Source: a virus (taxonomy: Duplodnaviria > Caudoviricetes). Taken from it: a stretch of 62,654 nucleotides of DNA. Shown here piece by piece: positions 40,856 to 49,119 of the stretch. The translations under genes and the position numbers were made by a program. How positions within the stretch are numbered: the stretch's first letter is position 1; every line of letters starts with the position of its first letter. The notes under the pieces are model-generated. The model was given only the letters and a program-made list of their open reading frames with translations. It was not told the DNA's origin and did no database searches. The DNA lies in the IMG/VR virus record IMGVR_UViG_3300020193_000020, positions 1-62,654 of that record; one strand, written 5' to 3'.

Positions 40856-40884
40856 GATTAATATGGATAAGTAAAACTAAAAAT

Positions 40885-41388
40885 ATGTCTGTTCTTGTAT
40901 TAAATTCTCAATACCTACCAATCCAAACTACTACTATACAAAAAGCGATAAAGCTTATTTTCAGAGGGGTAGCACAAATTGAAAAATATTCTGATAAAGT
41001 TTGGAAGTCTGTTTCGAATGAAATAGTATTACCTACTGTAATCAGATTAATAAACTTTCATTCTTTTCCAAAGAGAACGTATAGACTTTCTAAAAAGAAT
41101 ATTTGTGTTCGTGATAAATACACATGTCAATATTGTTCTGTGGTGTTATCAGAAAAATCCTTAACGGTTGATCATATTATACCGAAATCAAAAGGGGGGT
41201 CTGATAAATGGGAAAATCTTGTTTCTGCTTGCAAATCATGCAATTTAAGAAAAGCCGATAAAAGACCCGAAGAAGTTGGGATGAAACTTTTATCAAAACC
41301 TTCGAAAATCTCAATTCATACACACACAACAATTATCAGGAATAAAGGATTAAACAATCCAGATTGGACAGAATTTTTATTTAATTAA
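40885..41388 (+). CDS. HNH endonuclease (McrA-like, zinc-binding)
   Basis: RDKYTCQYC..TVDHIIPKSKGG..WENLVSACKSCN..K. Confidence 0.93.
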   Translation: MSVLVLNSQYLPIQTTTIQKAIKLIFRGVAQIEKYSDKVWKSVSNEIVLPTVIRLINFHSFPKRTYRLSKKNICVRDKYTCQYCSVVLSEKSLTVDHIIPKSKGGSDKWENLVSACKSCNLRKADKRPEEVGMKLLSKPSKISIHTHTTIIRNKGLNNPDWTEFLFN

Positions 41389-41392
41389 ACAC

Positions 41393-41421
41393 TTGACAAC
41401 AATTAGAAAATTGGGTATACT
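41393..41421 (+). promoter_or_regulatory. Sigma70-type promoter
   Basis: TTGACA-17-TATACT; ATG 7 nt after the -10. Confidence 0.8.
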
Positions 41422-41427
41422 TAAATT

Positions 41428-42090
41428 ATGAGTAACGCGACAACTAATCTTCTTGATGAAATTATCAGCAACACACAAAACAAACCACTTCAATTTGTAT
41501 CTAGTAACAAAAAATCGTTAAATAGAATTGGTAATGAAGCACAGTTTCAAACTACTAGAAAAGTTTCTTTTGATATTACAAAATACATTCGATATAACGC
41601 TCAACGTGACATACTAAAAGAATTTATGCTCATTTATGATGAGAATAATAATAAACATGATATAAGTTATGTTGAATATAAAATTAATGTTAGTCTTAAT
41701 AATCTAGATCCTCAAGGTTTTATTGTTGACAACAAAATACTTGACCATTTAGAATCTTATGTAGTGCAGTTTTATTCTTCAATTATAGAAGCGACAAACA
41801 GAAATTATAATTTTACTTATGAAATTTGTGATGAAAAATTTTTAAAAAATTTATTGTTTCTGTTTACTACAAATAAATTAATATATTATATTGACTCAAT
41901 TACAATAGATGATAGTTTTAACTTTAAAACAACAAAAATAAACGAAAAAGTCTCACTAGAGGCATTTGGTAAAAAGGTTGAATTGTTGTTAAGTGATGTT
42001 ATTTCTCAACATGTGTTTGATAAAAAATGTATAGATTTTTTTGACATGCGTTCTATTAAATCCAAAAAAGTCAAGACAGCTAAATACTAA
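41428..42090 (+). CDS. Hypothetical protein (weak QueD/T-fold resemblance)
   Basis: 220-aa ORF with its own promoter; YKINV..LDPQGFIVD segment. Confidence 0.65.
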   Translation: MSNATTNLLDEIISNTQNKPLQFVSSNKKSLNRIGNEAQFQTTRKVSFDITKYIRYNAQRDILKEFMLIYDENNNKHDISYVEYKINVSLNNLDPQGFIVDNKILDHLESYVVQFYSSIIEATNRNYNFTYEICDEKFLKNLLFLFTTNKLIYYIDSITIDDSFNFKTTKINEKVSLEAFGKKVELLLSDVISQHVFDKKCIDFFDMRSIKSKKVKTAKY

Positions 42091-42093
42091 ATT

Positions 42094-42618
42094 ATGAAAA
42101 AAGTAAATGAAGTTATCGTAAAAGAAAATATTATTGAAACTTTAGAAGTTTCAAAGAACAATTCAATTCTTGATAACCTTGAAGTTGCAAACGTAGAAGA
42201 AGTGTTCACCTATTCGATTACTGGATATATAAATCTTGCGGGAGTTGCCCCTGATGGAAAATGTGGAGCTAAGGATCAGGAAGGCACTAATTATAGTGTT
42301 GAAATATCAACATATAATTCAATCAATTTTAATCCAAATGAAATTTATAATATTTCCAATAGACTTGGTTCTAGTGAAGATGGAATGTACTGGAAGGGTT
42401 CTTGTGAAGAAATCGCAAACTTTCTTGTTTTAGAAATTAACAAAATTTTTGCAAGTAATTTAGCTGAGGTTATTGTGAATGTTTCACCCAATGAATTCAC
42501 TACAATAACAACACATTGGCAAGATCACATGAATTTACCTAGTATTAAAAATTCAGCTAAACCCACATTTAAAAATTTACCAAAACCTGAAACAAGGTAT
42601 GTTGGTTGTGGAAGGTAA
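42094..42618 (+). CDS. Hypothetical protein (weak QueD/T-fold resemblance)
   Basis: 174 aa; KCG..NYSVEI..SCEEIA..EVIVNVS. Confidence 0.65.
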   Translation: MKKVNEVIVKENIIETLEVSKNNSILDNLEVANVEEVFTYSITGYINLAGVAPDGKCGAKDQEGTNYSVEISTYNSINFNPNEIYNISNRLGSSEDGMYWKGSCEEIANFLVLEINKIFASNLAEVIVNVSPNEFTTITTHWQDHMNLPSIKNSAKPTFKNLPKPETRYVGCGR

Positions 42619-42620
42619 TA

Positions 42621-43331
42621 ATGTCATATAAAATTGTAATTCCAGATGTTCATCAAAACATAAAAAGAGTGAACAAAATTCTTGACCGAGAAGATGTACA
42701 AAAAGCAGATCAAATTATCTTTTTAGGTGATTATTTTGATTCACATGAATATAATAGTAAAACAAAAGAAACGTGCGAATTTTTGAATTCGCACGTTAAC
42801 GACTCAAAGTTTACTTTTTTAATTGGTAATCACGATGTTCAATATATTTCAAGGTTACGTGGTTATAGGTGTTCAGGATATACTTTAAAAAAGAATAAAA
42901 TCATTAATGAAAATTTAGGATCATCCTTTAGAGAGAAAATGAAGTTGTGGAAGTTCGATATAATTGCAGGAGAAAACACTTTATTTTCTCATGCAGGAAT
43001 TCATCCTTATTTTTTAGATAAAAGCTTTAAAAAAAATCCTGCTCTATGGTTCGATGCAAAAGAACAAGAAGTGTTGGATTTGATGTTTAGAATTCAACAT
43101 GAATTACTTGGTGCTGGACTTGAAAGGGGTGGTTATCAACCATATGGTGGTGTTACATGGCTAGATTGGAGTAGTTTTAAACCAATTATTAATTTAAATC
43201 AGGTAGTAGGACATAGTTATGATATTATTTACAGATTTAAAAATGATAATTCGAAAAATGTGTGTATTGACACAGGCCTTAATTTTTATTTAAAAATTTA
43301 TGATGGTGGACAATACGAATTTAATACTTGA
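42621..43331 (+). CDS. Calcineurin-like metallophosphoesterase
   Basis: DVH, GDYFD, GNHD, SHAG, GHS and IDTG motifs. Confidence 0.92.
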   Translation: MSYKIVIPDVHQNIKRVNKILDREDVQKADQIIFLGDYFDSHEYNSKTKETCEFLNSHVNDSKFTFLIGNHDVQYISRLRGYRCSGYTLKKNKIINENLGSSFREKMKLWKFDIIAGENTLFSHAGIHPYFLDKSFKKNPALWFDAKEQEVLDLMFRIQHELLGAGLERGGYQPYGGVTWLDWSSFKPIINLNQVVGHSYDIIYRFKNDNSKNVCIDTGLNFYLKIYDGGQYEFNT

Positions 43332-43356
43332 CAAGTAAAATATTACGTAGTATAAT
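43328..43356 (+). promoter_or_regulatory. Consensus sigma70 promoter for the tRNA cluster
   Basis: TTGACA-17-TATAAT. Confidence 0.88.
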
Positions 43357-43372
43357 AAATATATAAAATTTT

Positions 43373-43446
43373 GCGAATGTGGTATATTGGTTGTGCCCTG
43401 GTCTTCCAAACCGGAGAAGTGGGTTCGTTTCCCACCATTCGCTCCA
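43373..43446 (+). tRNA. tRNA-Gly(UCC)
   Basis: Acceptor GCGAATG/CATTCGC, loop CTTCCAA, GGTTCG T-arm, CCA. Confidence 0.92.
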
Positions 43447-43463
43447 AATATTAAAATAAATTT

Positions 43464-43542
43464 CGGAACGTAGGAAAGTCTGGTTTATTCCATCTGCCTT
43501 GGGAGCAGAAGATCTCCGGTTCGAATCCGGACGTTCCGACCA
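43464..43542 (+). tRNA. tRNA-Pro(UGG)
   Basis: Acceptor CGGAACG/CGTTCCG, loop CTTGGGA, GGTTCGAATCC, CCA. Confidence 0.93.
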
Positions 43543-43566
43543 AAATTCTTGTTCTATATAAAATGC

Positions 43567-43653
43567 GGAGAATGTCGAGGTTAGCTCCTTAATCAGTCTT
43601 GAAAACTGTGGTAACCTATTAGGTTAATAGTTCGATGCTATCGTTCTTCTTCA
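43567..43653 (+). tRNA. tRNA-Ser(UGA), atypical or degenerate
   Basis: Acceptor GGAGAAT/GTTCTTC, CAGT-CTTGAAA-ACTG, long variable arm, ATAG-TTCGATG-CTAT; odd D-arm, ends TCA. Confidence 0.6.
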
Positions 43654-43666
43654 TATAAATAATTTC

Positions 43667-43740
43667 ATCTCTGTGGTGTAACGGTAACATAGCGGTCTCC
43701 AAAACCGTAGTTCTCAGTTCGAGTCTGAGCGGAGGTGCCA
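43667..43740 (+). tRNA. tRNA-Trp(CCA)
   Basis: GCGGT-CTCCAAA-ACCGT, CTCAG-TTCGAGT-CTGAG, CCA; TATAAATA at 43654-43661 just upstream. Confidence 0.92.
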
Positions 43741-43749
43741 GAATATCAT

Positions 43750-43849
43750 ACCCCCGTAGTTTAATTGGCAAAACACTGGATTTATAAACCAGCACTCTGT
43801 GGCTCCTGATAAGGGCACGTTCTCAGTTCGAGTCTGAGCGGGGGGACCA
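43750..43849 (+). tRNA. tRNA with UAU anticodon (Ile) and ~29-nt variable region
   Basis: CCCCCG/CGGGGG acceptor, canonical D and T arms, CTGGA-TTTATAA-ACCAG, CCA end. Confidence 0.75.
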
Positions 43850-43872
43850 AATTTCTTTTTTGAGGTATAAAC

Positions 43873-44055
43873 ATGCATAATCATTTAATAGGAAAAACTT
43901 TAACAGAAGCAAAAGACTATTTAAATTTATATGACATTCTATATAGAATTACTTCTGTAGATAATAAACAATATATGCTAACAGCAGATTATGTTCCAGC
44001 AAGAGTAAATCTTTCTGTTGAAAATAATGTAGTCACTTTCATTTATAATGGTTAA
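43873..44055 (+). CDS. Small protease-inhibitor-like protein (I78/potato-inhibitor-I type)
   Basis: LIG..EA..LTADYVPARVNL.V..VV..G pattern; GAGG RBS. Confidence 0.7.
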   Translation: MHNHLIGKTLTEAKDYLNLYDILYRITSVDNKQYMLTADYVPARVNLSVENNVVTFIYNG

Positions 44056-44061
44056 TTATTG

Positions 44062-44090
44062 TTGACAAAAGAATAATGATGTGATATAAT
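44062..44090 (+). promoter_or_regulatory. Sigma70-type promoter
   Basis: TTGACA-17-TATAAT with extended TG. Confidence 0.85.
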
Positions 44091-44211
44091 AGAAATATAA
44101 AGATCTGATTCAAACCGAATCAACAAGATGTGGCTTTGGTGAACTGGTCAGAACCATGTAAGAATATTTTAGCGACCTAAAACACCCCCAAACAAGTTTA
44201 AGGAGAATATT

Positions 44212-44505
44212 ATGAAGAATTTTGTGTTTTGTATTATTGTTATGTGTTTGATGTTCACTTCTTGTAGTGAGCAACAAACAGCTCGTTATTGGGGTCAAGA
44301 AACAACTATTGTTCTTGATTCAGGAATGAAATTGGAGAATGTCGTGCGGAAAGAAAAATCCTTTTGGATTCTTCAACATCATCGTCGTCCGAATGAGTCA
44401 ATTGACAATTGCACTTTAATAAGAGATTGTTATGTCTTATCATTTAAAGAAAATTCCGCATTCGGTGTGATTGAAGGTAAAGTTATCATTAGAGAGCGTC
44501 AATAG
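44212..44505 (+). CDS. Phage lipoprotein
   Basis: Signal peptide with lipobox FTSC; AAGGAG RBS. Confidence 0.78.
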   Translation: MKNFVFCIIVMCLMFTSCSEQQTARYWGQETTIVLDSGMKLENVVRKEKSFWILQHHRRPNESIDNCTLIRDCYVLSFKENSAFGVIEGKVIIRERQ

Positions 44506-44506
44506 T

Positions 44507-44707
44507 ATGAAAATCATTATTACTGTATTCATGATTACTCTATTCATGTCAAGTGTTTTGGTTTTTTCTAATCAGCAACAAAATACAAATTTTTGTAAAC
44601 CACATAAGTGTTGTGTAGACAAATGCCCTTGTATTAAAAAGTGTCTATGTGATTGTTTCTGTAAAAGAAAAAGAAATAGTATAGACAGGAACTCCAGATC
44701 AAATTAA
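44507..44707 (+). CDS. Small secreted Cys-rich protein (possibly frameshifted)
   Basis: Signal peptide then CKPHKCCVDKCPCIKKCLCDCFC; the +1 frame downstream ends ..KVICCVCKN* near 44792. Confidence 0.55.
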   Translation: MKIIITVFMITLFMSSVLVFSNQQQNTNFCKPHKCCVDKCPCIKKCLCDCFCKRKRNSIDRNSRSN

Positions 44708-44803
44708 ATCAATTAATACAAATAATAAGAAAGATTTCACTAAAATAATTTTCGAAGAAGATAAAGTTATTTGTTGTGTGTGTAAAAATTGATAAATAAG
44801 TAT

Positions 44804-44879
44804 GCCACGATAGCTCAATTGGTAGAGCAGTTGATTTGTAATCAACTGGTTGTCAGTTCAATTCTGACTCGTGGCTCCA
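44804..44879 (+). tRNA. tRNA-Thr(UGU)
   Basis: Acceptor GCCACGA/TCGTGGC, GTTGA-TTTGTAA-TCAAC, CCA. Confidence 0.95.
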
Positions 44880-44915
44880 TTCTAAAATAGATAATGATAT
44901 GTGGACTTCTGAAAT

Positions 44916-45092
44916 ATGAGATATTGGACTTTTGCTGACGATAATGAAGATTATGAGGTATTCTCAGACGAAGAGATAATCTTGAATAATCATCCAAATG
45001 GTAAATTTCTAATGAATTCAGGAGTAAATATCTATAACTGTTTAGATTTACAGGATCTAAAACTCTTTCTTGGTTTAGGAGATAATGAATGA
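44916..45092 (+). CDS. Small acidic hypothetical protein (58 aa, below track cutoff)
   Basis: MRYWTFADDNEDYEVFSDEE..GDNE*; ATGA overlap with the next gene. Confidence 0.6.
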   Translation: MRYWTFADDNEDYEVFSDEEIILNNHPNGKFLMNSGVNIYNCLDLQDLKLFLGLGDNE

Positions 45093-45475
45093 AATATAAA
45101 CTTTGGTTGGACGATGTTCGCCCTTGTCCATTTATCGGTAATTGGAAAATCGCCAAGAATTACGATGAAGCGATTGCAATCTTGCAGGAAAATGAAATAC
45201 AAGAGGCTTGGTTAGACCACGATTTAGCGGAGGATCATTATACAACAAATAACGATCCAGACTGGGTTTCACCAAACAAAACTGGTTATGATGTGGTTCT
45301 GTGGATGCATGAAAACAACAAATGGCCCACACAAGTTTGTATGGTGCATTCGTTGAATCCTGTTGGTGCAGACAGAATGTGTAATCTGATTGCAGATTAT
45401 TACGGAACAAAACAACACATGAAGCATTACATGCCATTCACCAAATTAATGAAATTCTTTCATATAAAAGATTAA
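45089..45475 (+). CDS. Cyclic-phosphate-processing receiver-like domain protein
   Basis: LWLDDVRP..W..YDEAI..LDHDL..TGYDVVLW..VHSLNPVG. Confidence 0.8.
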   Translation: MKYKLWLDDVRPCPFIGNWKIAKNYDEAIAILQENEIQEAWLDHDLAEDHYTTNNDPDWVSPNKTGYDVVLWMHENNKWPTQVCMVHSLNPVGADRMCNLIADYYGTKQHMKHYMPFTKLMKFFHIKD

Positions 45476-45558
45476 GGGGTACTCTTGATATGATTAAAAG
45501 AATGCGTGGAAAGAAACCAACATATATAATATATTATAATTAATTTAAAAGGAAAATC

Positions 45559-46587
45559 ATGAAATTTATTTCACTTATTTTATTTGCTGTATCTTGTTTT
45601 GCACAGATTGGGAATTTCCCAACGGTATCACCTTCTGTTGTAAATGTGACATTTGATTTAGCGAAAGACAATATCGTTAATACACCAGAAGTTTTTATTT
45701 CTTCTAATTTATTGCCTTTCGCATTTAATATTATTGTGCCCAATAACAATCCTGCTGTTCTAGTATGGCCTGTTCAGGGATTTATTCCACCGGGAACAAC
45801 TACTTCAATTAGAATGTCTATTGTTAATTCTAATCTAACTGTAGGTTCTTATATTATTCCGGTGACATTTGTACAAAATTCACCATCTGTATCTGTTTCT
45901 GTTGGTATTAATCTAACAGTTATTGATTCAAGAACATTTAATGTTTCAACCGATCCAACAATCCCACATATTGCTTCTGGTTCTGGTTGGAAAACTATAG
46001 TCAAACTAACAAATACTTCACCAAATGTTTCTTTGGTTACTTTGAAATTCTATGATCCAAGTGGAAATAATGTTGCGTTTTCAGCAAATAATTTATATAC
46101 AAATGAATTTTCTGTTGCAATTCCTGGTTTTGGAAATAGTGATGTAATTTTATCTGATAATCTTGGTTTAAGAACTGGTTCGTTAGATGTTAAAACTGTA
46201 TATGGTTCTGGTGTTGTTGCACAAGCAACATATTCCCATTCTGCTTTTGAAGCAACAATTCCAGCAACTATTCCAAATAAAGATGTTATGTATATGTCAT
46301 TCGATAACACTGGTCGTAATTCTACAGGAATTGCATTAGTTAACTTCCTTAATTATGAGCAAGAGGTAACTTATACATTCTACAATAATATGGGTTCGTT
46401 ATTTCATACACAGAAAAATATTTTACCAGCGAAAGGACAAGTTTCTTTAACTCTAGGTTCTACCTTTCCTATTACAACCGGAAAAAGTGGAACCATCAAG
46501 ATTAGTTCACCAAGAGTTGGTTTAGCTGGATTTGGATTGAAGTTTAATTTGGATAAAAATTATTTCGTCACAATTCCGGTAATGTAA
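45559..46587 (+). CDS. Secreted beta-rich protein of probable host origin
   Basis: Signal peptide ending FAQ; PHIASGSGWKT, FDNTG..TGIALVN, LAGFGLKFN..FVTIPV. Confidence 0.75.
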   Translation: MKFISLILFAVSCFAQIGNFPTVSPSVVNVTFDLAKDNIVNTPEVFISSNLLPFAFNIIVPNNNPAVLVWPVQGFIPPGTTTSIRMSIVNSNLTVGSYIIPVTFVQNSPSVSVSVGINLTVIDSRTFNVSTDPTIPHIASGSGWKTIVKLTNTSPNVSLVTLKFYDPSGNNVAFSANNLYTNEFSVAIPGFGNSDVILSDNLGLRTGSLDVKTVYGSGVVAQATYSHSAFEATIPATIPNKDVMYMSFDNTGRNSTGIALVNFLNYEQEVTYTFYNNMGSLFHTQKNILPAKGQVSLTLGSTFPITTGKSGTIKISSPRVGLAGFGLKFNLDKNYFVTIPVM

Positions 46588-46588
46588 T

Positions 46589-47074
46589 ATGACTTGGGAT
46601 GAATATTTCATAAATATGTTAGATGTGGTGTCTTTAAAGTCTAAAGACACCACAAAGACTAGTGCAATTATTGTTGGTCCTAATCATGAAATTAGATCAA
46701 CTGGTTATAATGGACCACCTAGAGGTTTTAATGATAATGACAAATCTAAGTTTGAGAAACCTGAAAAATATTATTGGATGGAACATGCTGAGAGGAATGC
46801 TATATATAATGCAGCAAGAATTGGTACAAGTATATCTAATTGTTATATGTATGTATCTCATTTCCCGTGTGTAGATTGTGCAAGAGCAATAGTGAATTCT
46901 GGAATCAATAAGGTGATTTTATCAAATAAAAATGTAGGTGCGTTTTCACATAAAGATTCAATTTATTACGAACATAAAAAGAGGGTGTTAGATATGTTCG
47001 CTCAATGCAAAGTATCATTTATGATTTGTGGAGAAGAATCAGAAGAAGATTCAAATAATCTTTGGGGAGTTTAA
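46589..47074 (+). CDS. cd: dCMP deaminase
   Basis: WDEYF, TGYNG.P.G, HAERNA, PCVDC. Confidence 0.93.
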   Translation: MTWDEYFINMLDVVSLKSKDTTKTSAIIVGPNHEIRSTGYNGPPRGFNDNDKSKFEKPEKYYWMEHAERNAIYNAARIGTSISNCYMYVSHFPCVDCARAIVNSGINKVILSNKNVGAFSHKDSIYYEHKKRVLDMFAQCKVSFMICGEESEEDSNNLWGV

Positions 47075-47075
47075 T

Positions 47076-47486
47076 ATGAAATATAATGAAAAACAAATTT
47101 TAAAACAAATTGAAGAATATATTGAATCAACATATTCACAACACTACAATTCAGGTGACAACATTCAAGTGAATGACCTCATCATGGCAATTGGTCATGG
47201 AGAAGGATCTTTTATTGCCAATGCTATTGAATACCTTGCAAGATATGGTAAGAAAGAAGGTAAGAACCAGAAAGATCTTTTCAAGTCGATTCACAATATA
47301 ATTTTGCTATTATATTTAAATCATCAAGAAAAAAATGAAGCTACTACTGATACTGAACAGTCTACTTTTCCAATAAATAAATTTTCTGGTGATATTAAGC
47401 ACAAGATTGGAGAGTTAGATAATTATTATGATAAACCTAAAGTCAGGGTTAATCCGAATTTTATTCCCTTAATTCCACCCAAATAA
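47076..47486 (+). CDS. Conserved T4-like protein (DUF3310-like)
   Basis: KYNE..YI.STY.QHY..GF..NA..Y..RYGKK.G.N.KDL.K..H; GGAG RBS before ATG 47076. Confidence 0.72.
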   Translation: MKYNEKQILKQIEEYIESTYSQHYNSGDNIQVNDLIMAIGHGEGSFIANAIEYLARYGKKEGKNQKDLFKSIHNIILLLYLNHQEKNEATTDTEQSTFPINKFSGDIKHKIGELDNYYDKPKVRVNPNFIPLIPPK

Positions 47487-47495
47487 GAGATTGTT

Positions 47496-47735
47496 ATGTC
47501 TTATCATTTAATAGTCTGTGGAACAAAATATTCAATATTATCAAATACACTATTTAATTTAGTTAGTACTTTAAAAACTGATAATGTTAGTGTTGAATTT
47601 GTTGACATTGAAGAAAATATAGACATTGTGTATAAGTATACAATAAGAAATAGTCCAATTTTATTAGTTTTTAAAGATGGTGTTTTATGGAAAAATATGC
47701 AACTTCCGATAAACAAAGAAAATATTTTAGCATAG
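47496..47735 (+). CDS. Thioredoxin-fold-like small protein lacking CxxC
   Basis: VDIEEN..Y.IR..P.LLVFKDG. Confidence 0.55.
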   Translation: MSYHLIVCGTKYSILSNTLFNLVSTLKTDNVSVEFVDIEENIDIVYKYTIRNSPILLVFKDGVLWKNMQLPINKENILA

Positions 47736-48415
47736 CAAAAGATATTTCTATCATTGTTTTTTTTATAACATTAACAACATGTATTCTAGATTTAACAAAA
47801 ACTTTTATTGTTACAATGAATAGTATTGATAATACAGTAAAAGAAAATTCACAAAAATTAACCAACGAAATAACAAATCTTAGATCAGATACATTTGGTT
47901 ATTTAGATAATACAACGAATAAATTAGATAGTAGAATTAATTCAATAGAAAATAAATTATTTAAACAAATGAATTCTATTGAAAAAAATACTTTCAGTTC
48001 CATAAAGAATATAGAAAGTGAATTGATTTTATTATCGAAAGATTATAGAACCATTCCTCAAGGAACACAAAGAGTATTTTCTAAATTCGAAAATCAAACA
48101 GATTGTAATATAAATGATTACTGTTGGCAAAATTTAACAACAGATCTTTTAATTGACACAAGAAATACTGTAAGACAAACTTCAAAAACTTTTAACACAG
48201 AATTTCCGAAAGTTACAAAAGATGTTAGTGAAATCACAAGAACTTTTAATATAAAGTTTCCTATTATTGTTGATAATACAACAAAAATAACGGATAACGC
48301 ACAAAACATAACACAAAACATAAATAGATTAACAAAACCCAGATGGTATGATAAACTTATAGGATGGGGTGTAAATAGTAGTATTGTATATTTTAATCTA
48401 AGGGGTTTAAAGTGA
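47687..48415 (+). CDS. Membrane-anchored coiled-coil protein
   Basis: N-terminal TM helix, long heptad region. Confidence 0.7.
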   Translation: MEKYATSDKQRKYFSIAKDISIIVFFITLTTCILDLTKTFIVTMNSIDNTVKENSQKLTNEITNLRSDTFGYLDNTTNKLDSRINSIENKLFKQMNSIEKNTFSSIKNIESELILLSKDYRTIPQGTQRVFSKFENQTDCNINDYCWQNLTTDLLIDTRNTVRQTSKTFNTEFPKVTKDVSEITRTFNIKFPIIVDNTTKITDNAQNITQNINRLTKPRWYDKLIGWGVNSSIVYFNLRGLK

Positions 48416-48930
48416 TTTTAAAATATTATAAAGTGGATGAAAATGCATACGAACCAAAATATGGAACAGAAGATTCTGCATGTTTTGATATTTTTTGTTC
48501 TTTGATTAAAGAAACAAAAGTACTGATTTATGAATCCAGTAACAATGTAAAAAAGAAATTTGTTAATAATGATGGTTTACATTCGAAAAATTATATCGAG
48601 GTTTTACCTGGAGAACGTGCATTAATTCCAACCAATTTAATATTTGATATCCCAAAAGGATATTCTATTCGCTTACATCCTAGATCTGGTTTATCAATTA
48701 AAAATGGAATTACTCTAGTAAATGCAGAGGGTGTAATTGATTCTGATTATATAGATCCTTGTTTTGTCACAATTATCAATTTAAGTGGTATTGTTTTTAC
48801 GGTTAGTGATGGTGATCGTTTATGTCAAGCTGAAATTGTAAAAAATATTCAGACCGAATTTCAACAAATTCAAGAAAAACCTACTGTTAAAACAGATAGA
48901 AATGGTGGTTTTGGGAGTACTGGTGTATGA
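48412..48930 (+). CDS. dut: Trimeric dUTPase
   Basis: SACFD, PRSGL, GVIDSDY, GDRLCQ, RNGGFGSTG. Confidence 0.95.
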   Translation: MILKYYKVDENAYEPKYGTEDSACFDIFCSLIKETKVLIYESSNNVKKKFVNNDGLHSKNYIEVLPGERALIPTNLIFDIPKGYSIRLHPRSGLSIKNGITLVNAEGVIDSDYIDPCFVTIINLSGIVFTVSDGDRLCQAEIVKNIQTEFQQIQEKPTVKTDRNGGFGSTGV

Positions 48931-49058
48931 GTTTAGAAGAAAAAATAAAAGATGTTATCGCCAGAAATTGGCTAAATAATTGGGTTTTAAACGAAGAAGA
49001 TAAAAAAGTAGTAGAAGAATACTTAAAAAGTATAGAAAAGACTCAGAAGAAATCCTGA
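48927..49058 (+). CDS. Small hypothetical protein (43 aa)
   Basis: ATGA overlap with dut; MSLEEKIKDVIARNWLNNW.. Confidence 0.45.
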   Translation: MSLEEKIKDVIARNWLNNWVLNEEDKKVVEEYLKSIEKTQKKS

Positions 49059-49070
49059 GTTTTCTTATTA

Positions 49071-49078
49071 TATAAATA
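49071..49078 (+). promoter_or_regulatory. Late promoter TATAAATA
   Basis: Upstream of the structural gene and its AAGGAG RBS. Confidence 0.75.
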
Positions 49079-49119
49079 TTTTTATATCTTGAAAAATCTC
49101 AACCCTATAAGGAGAAGCA

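Noticed and set aside
44842-45437. Minus-strand ORFs 44842..45156 and 45132..45437
   Set aside because: Antisense to tRNA-Thr and to better-supported plus-strand genes.
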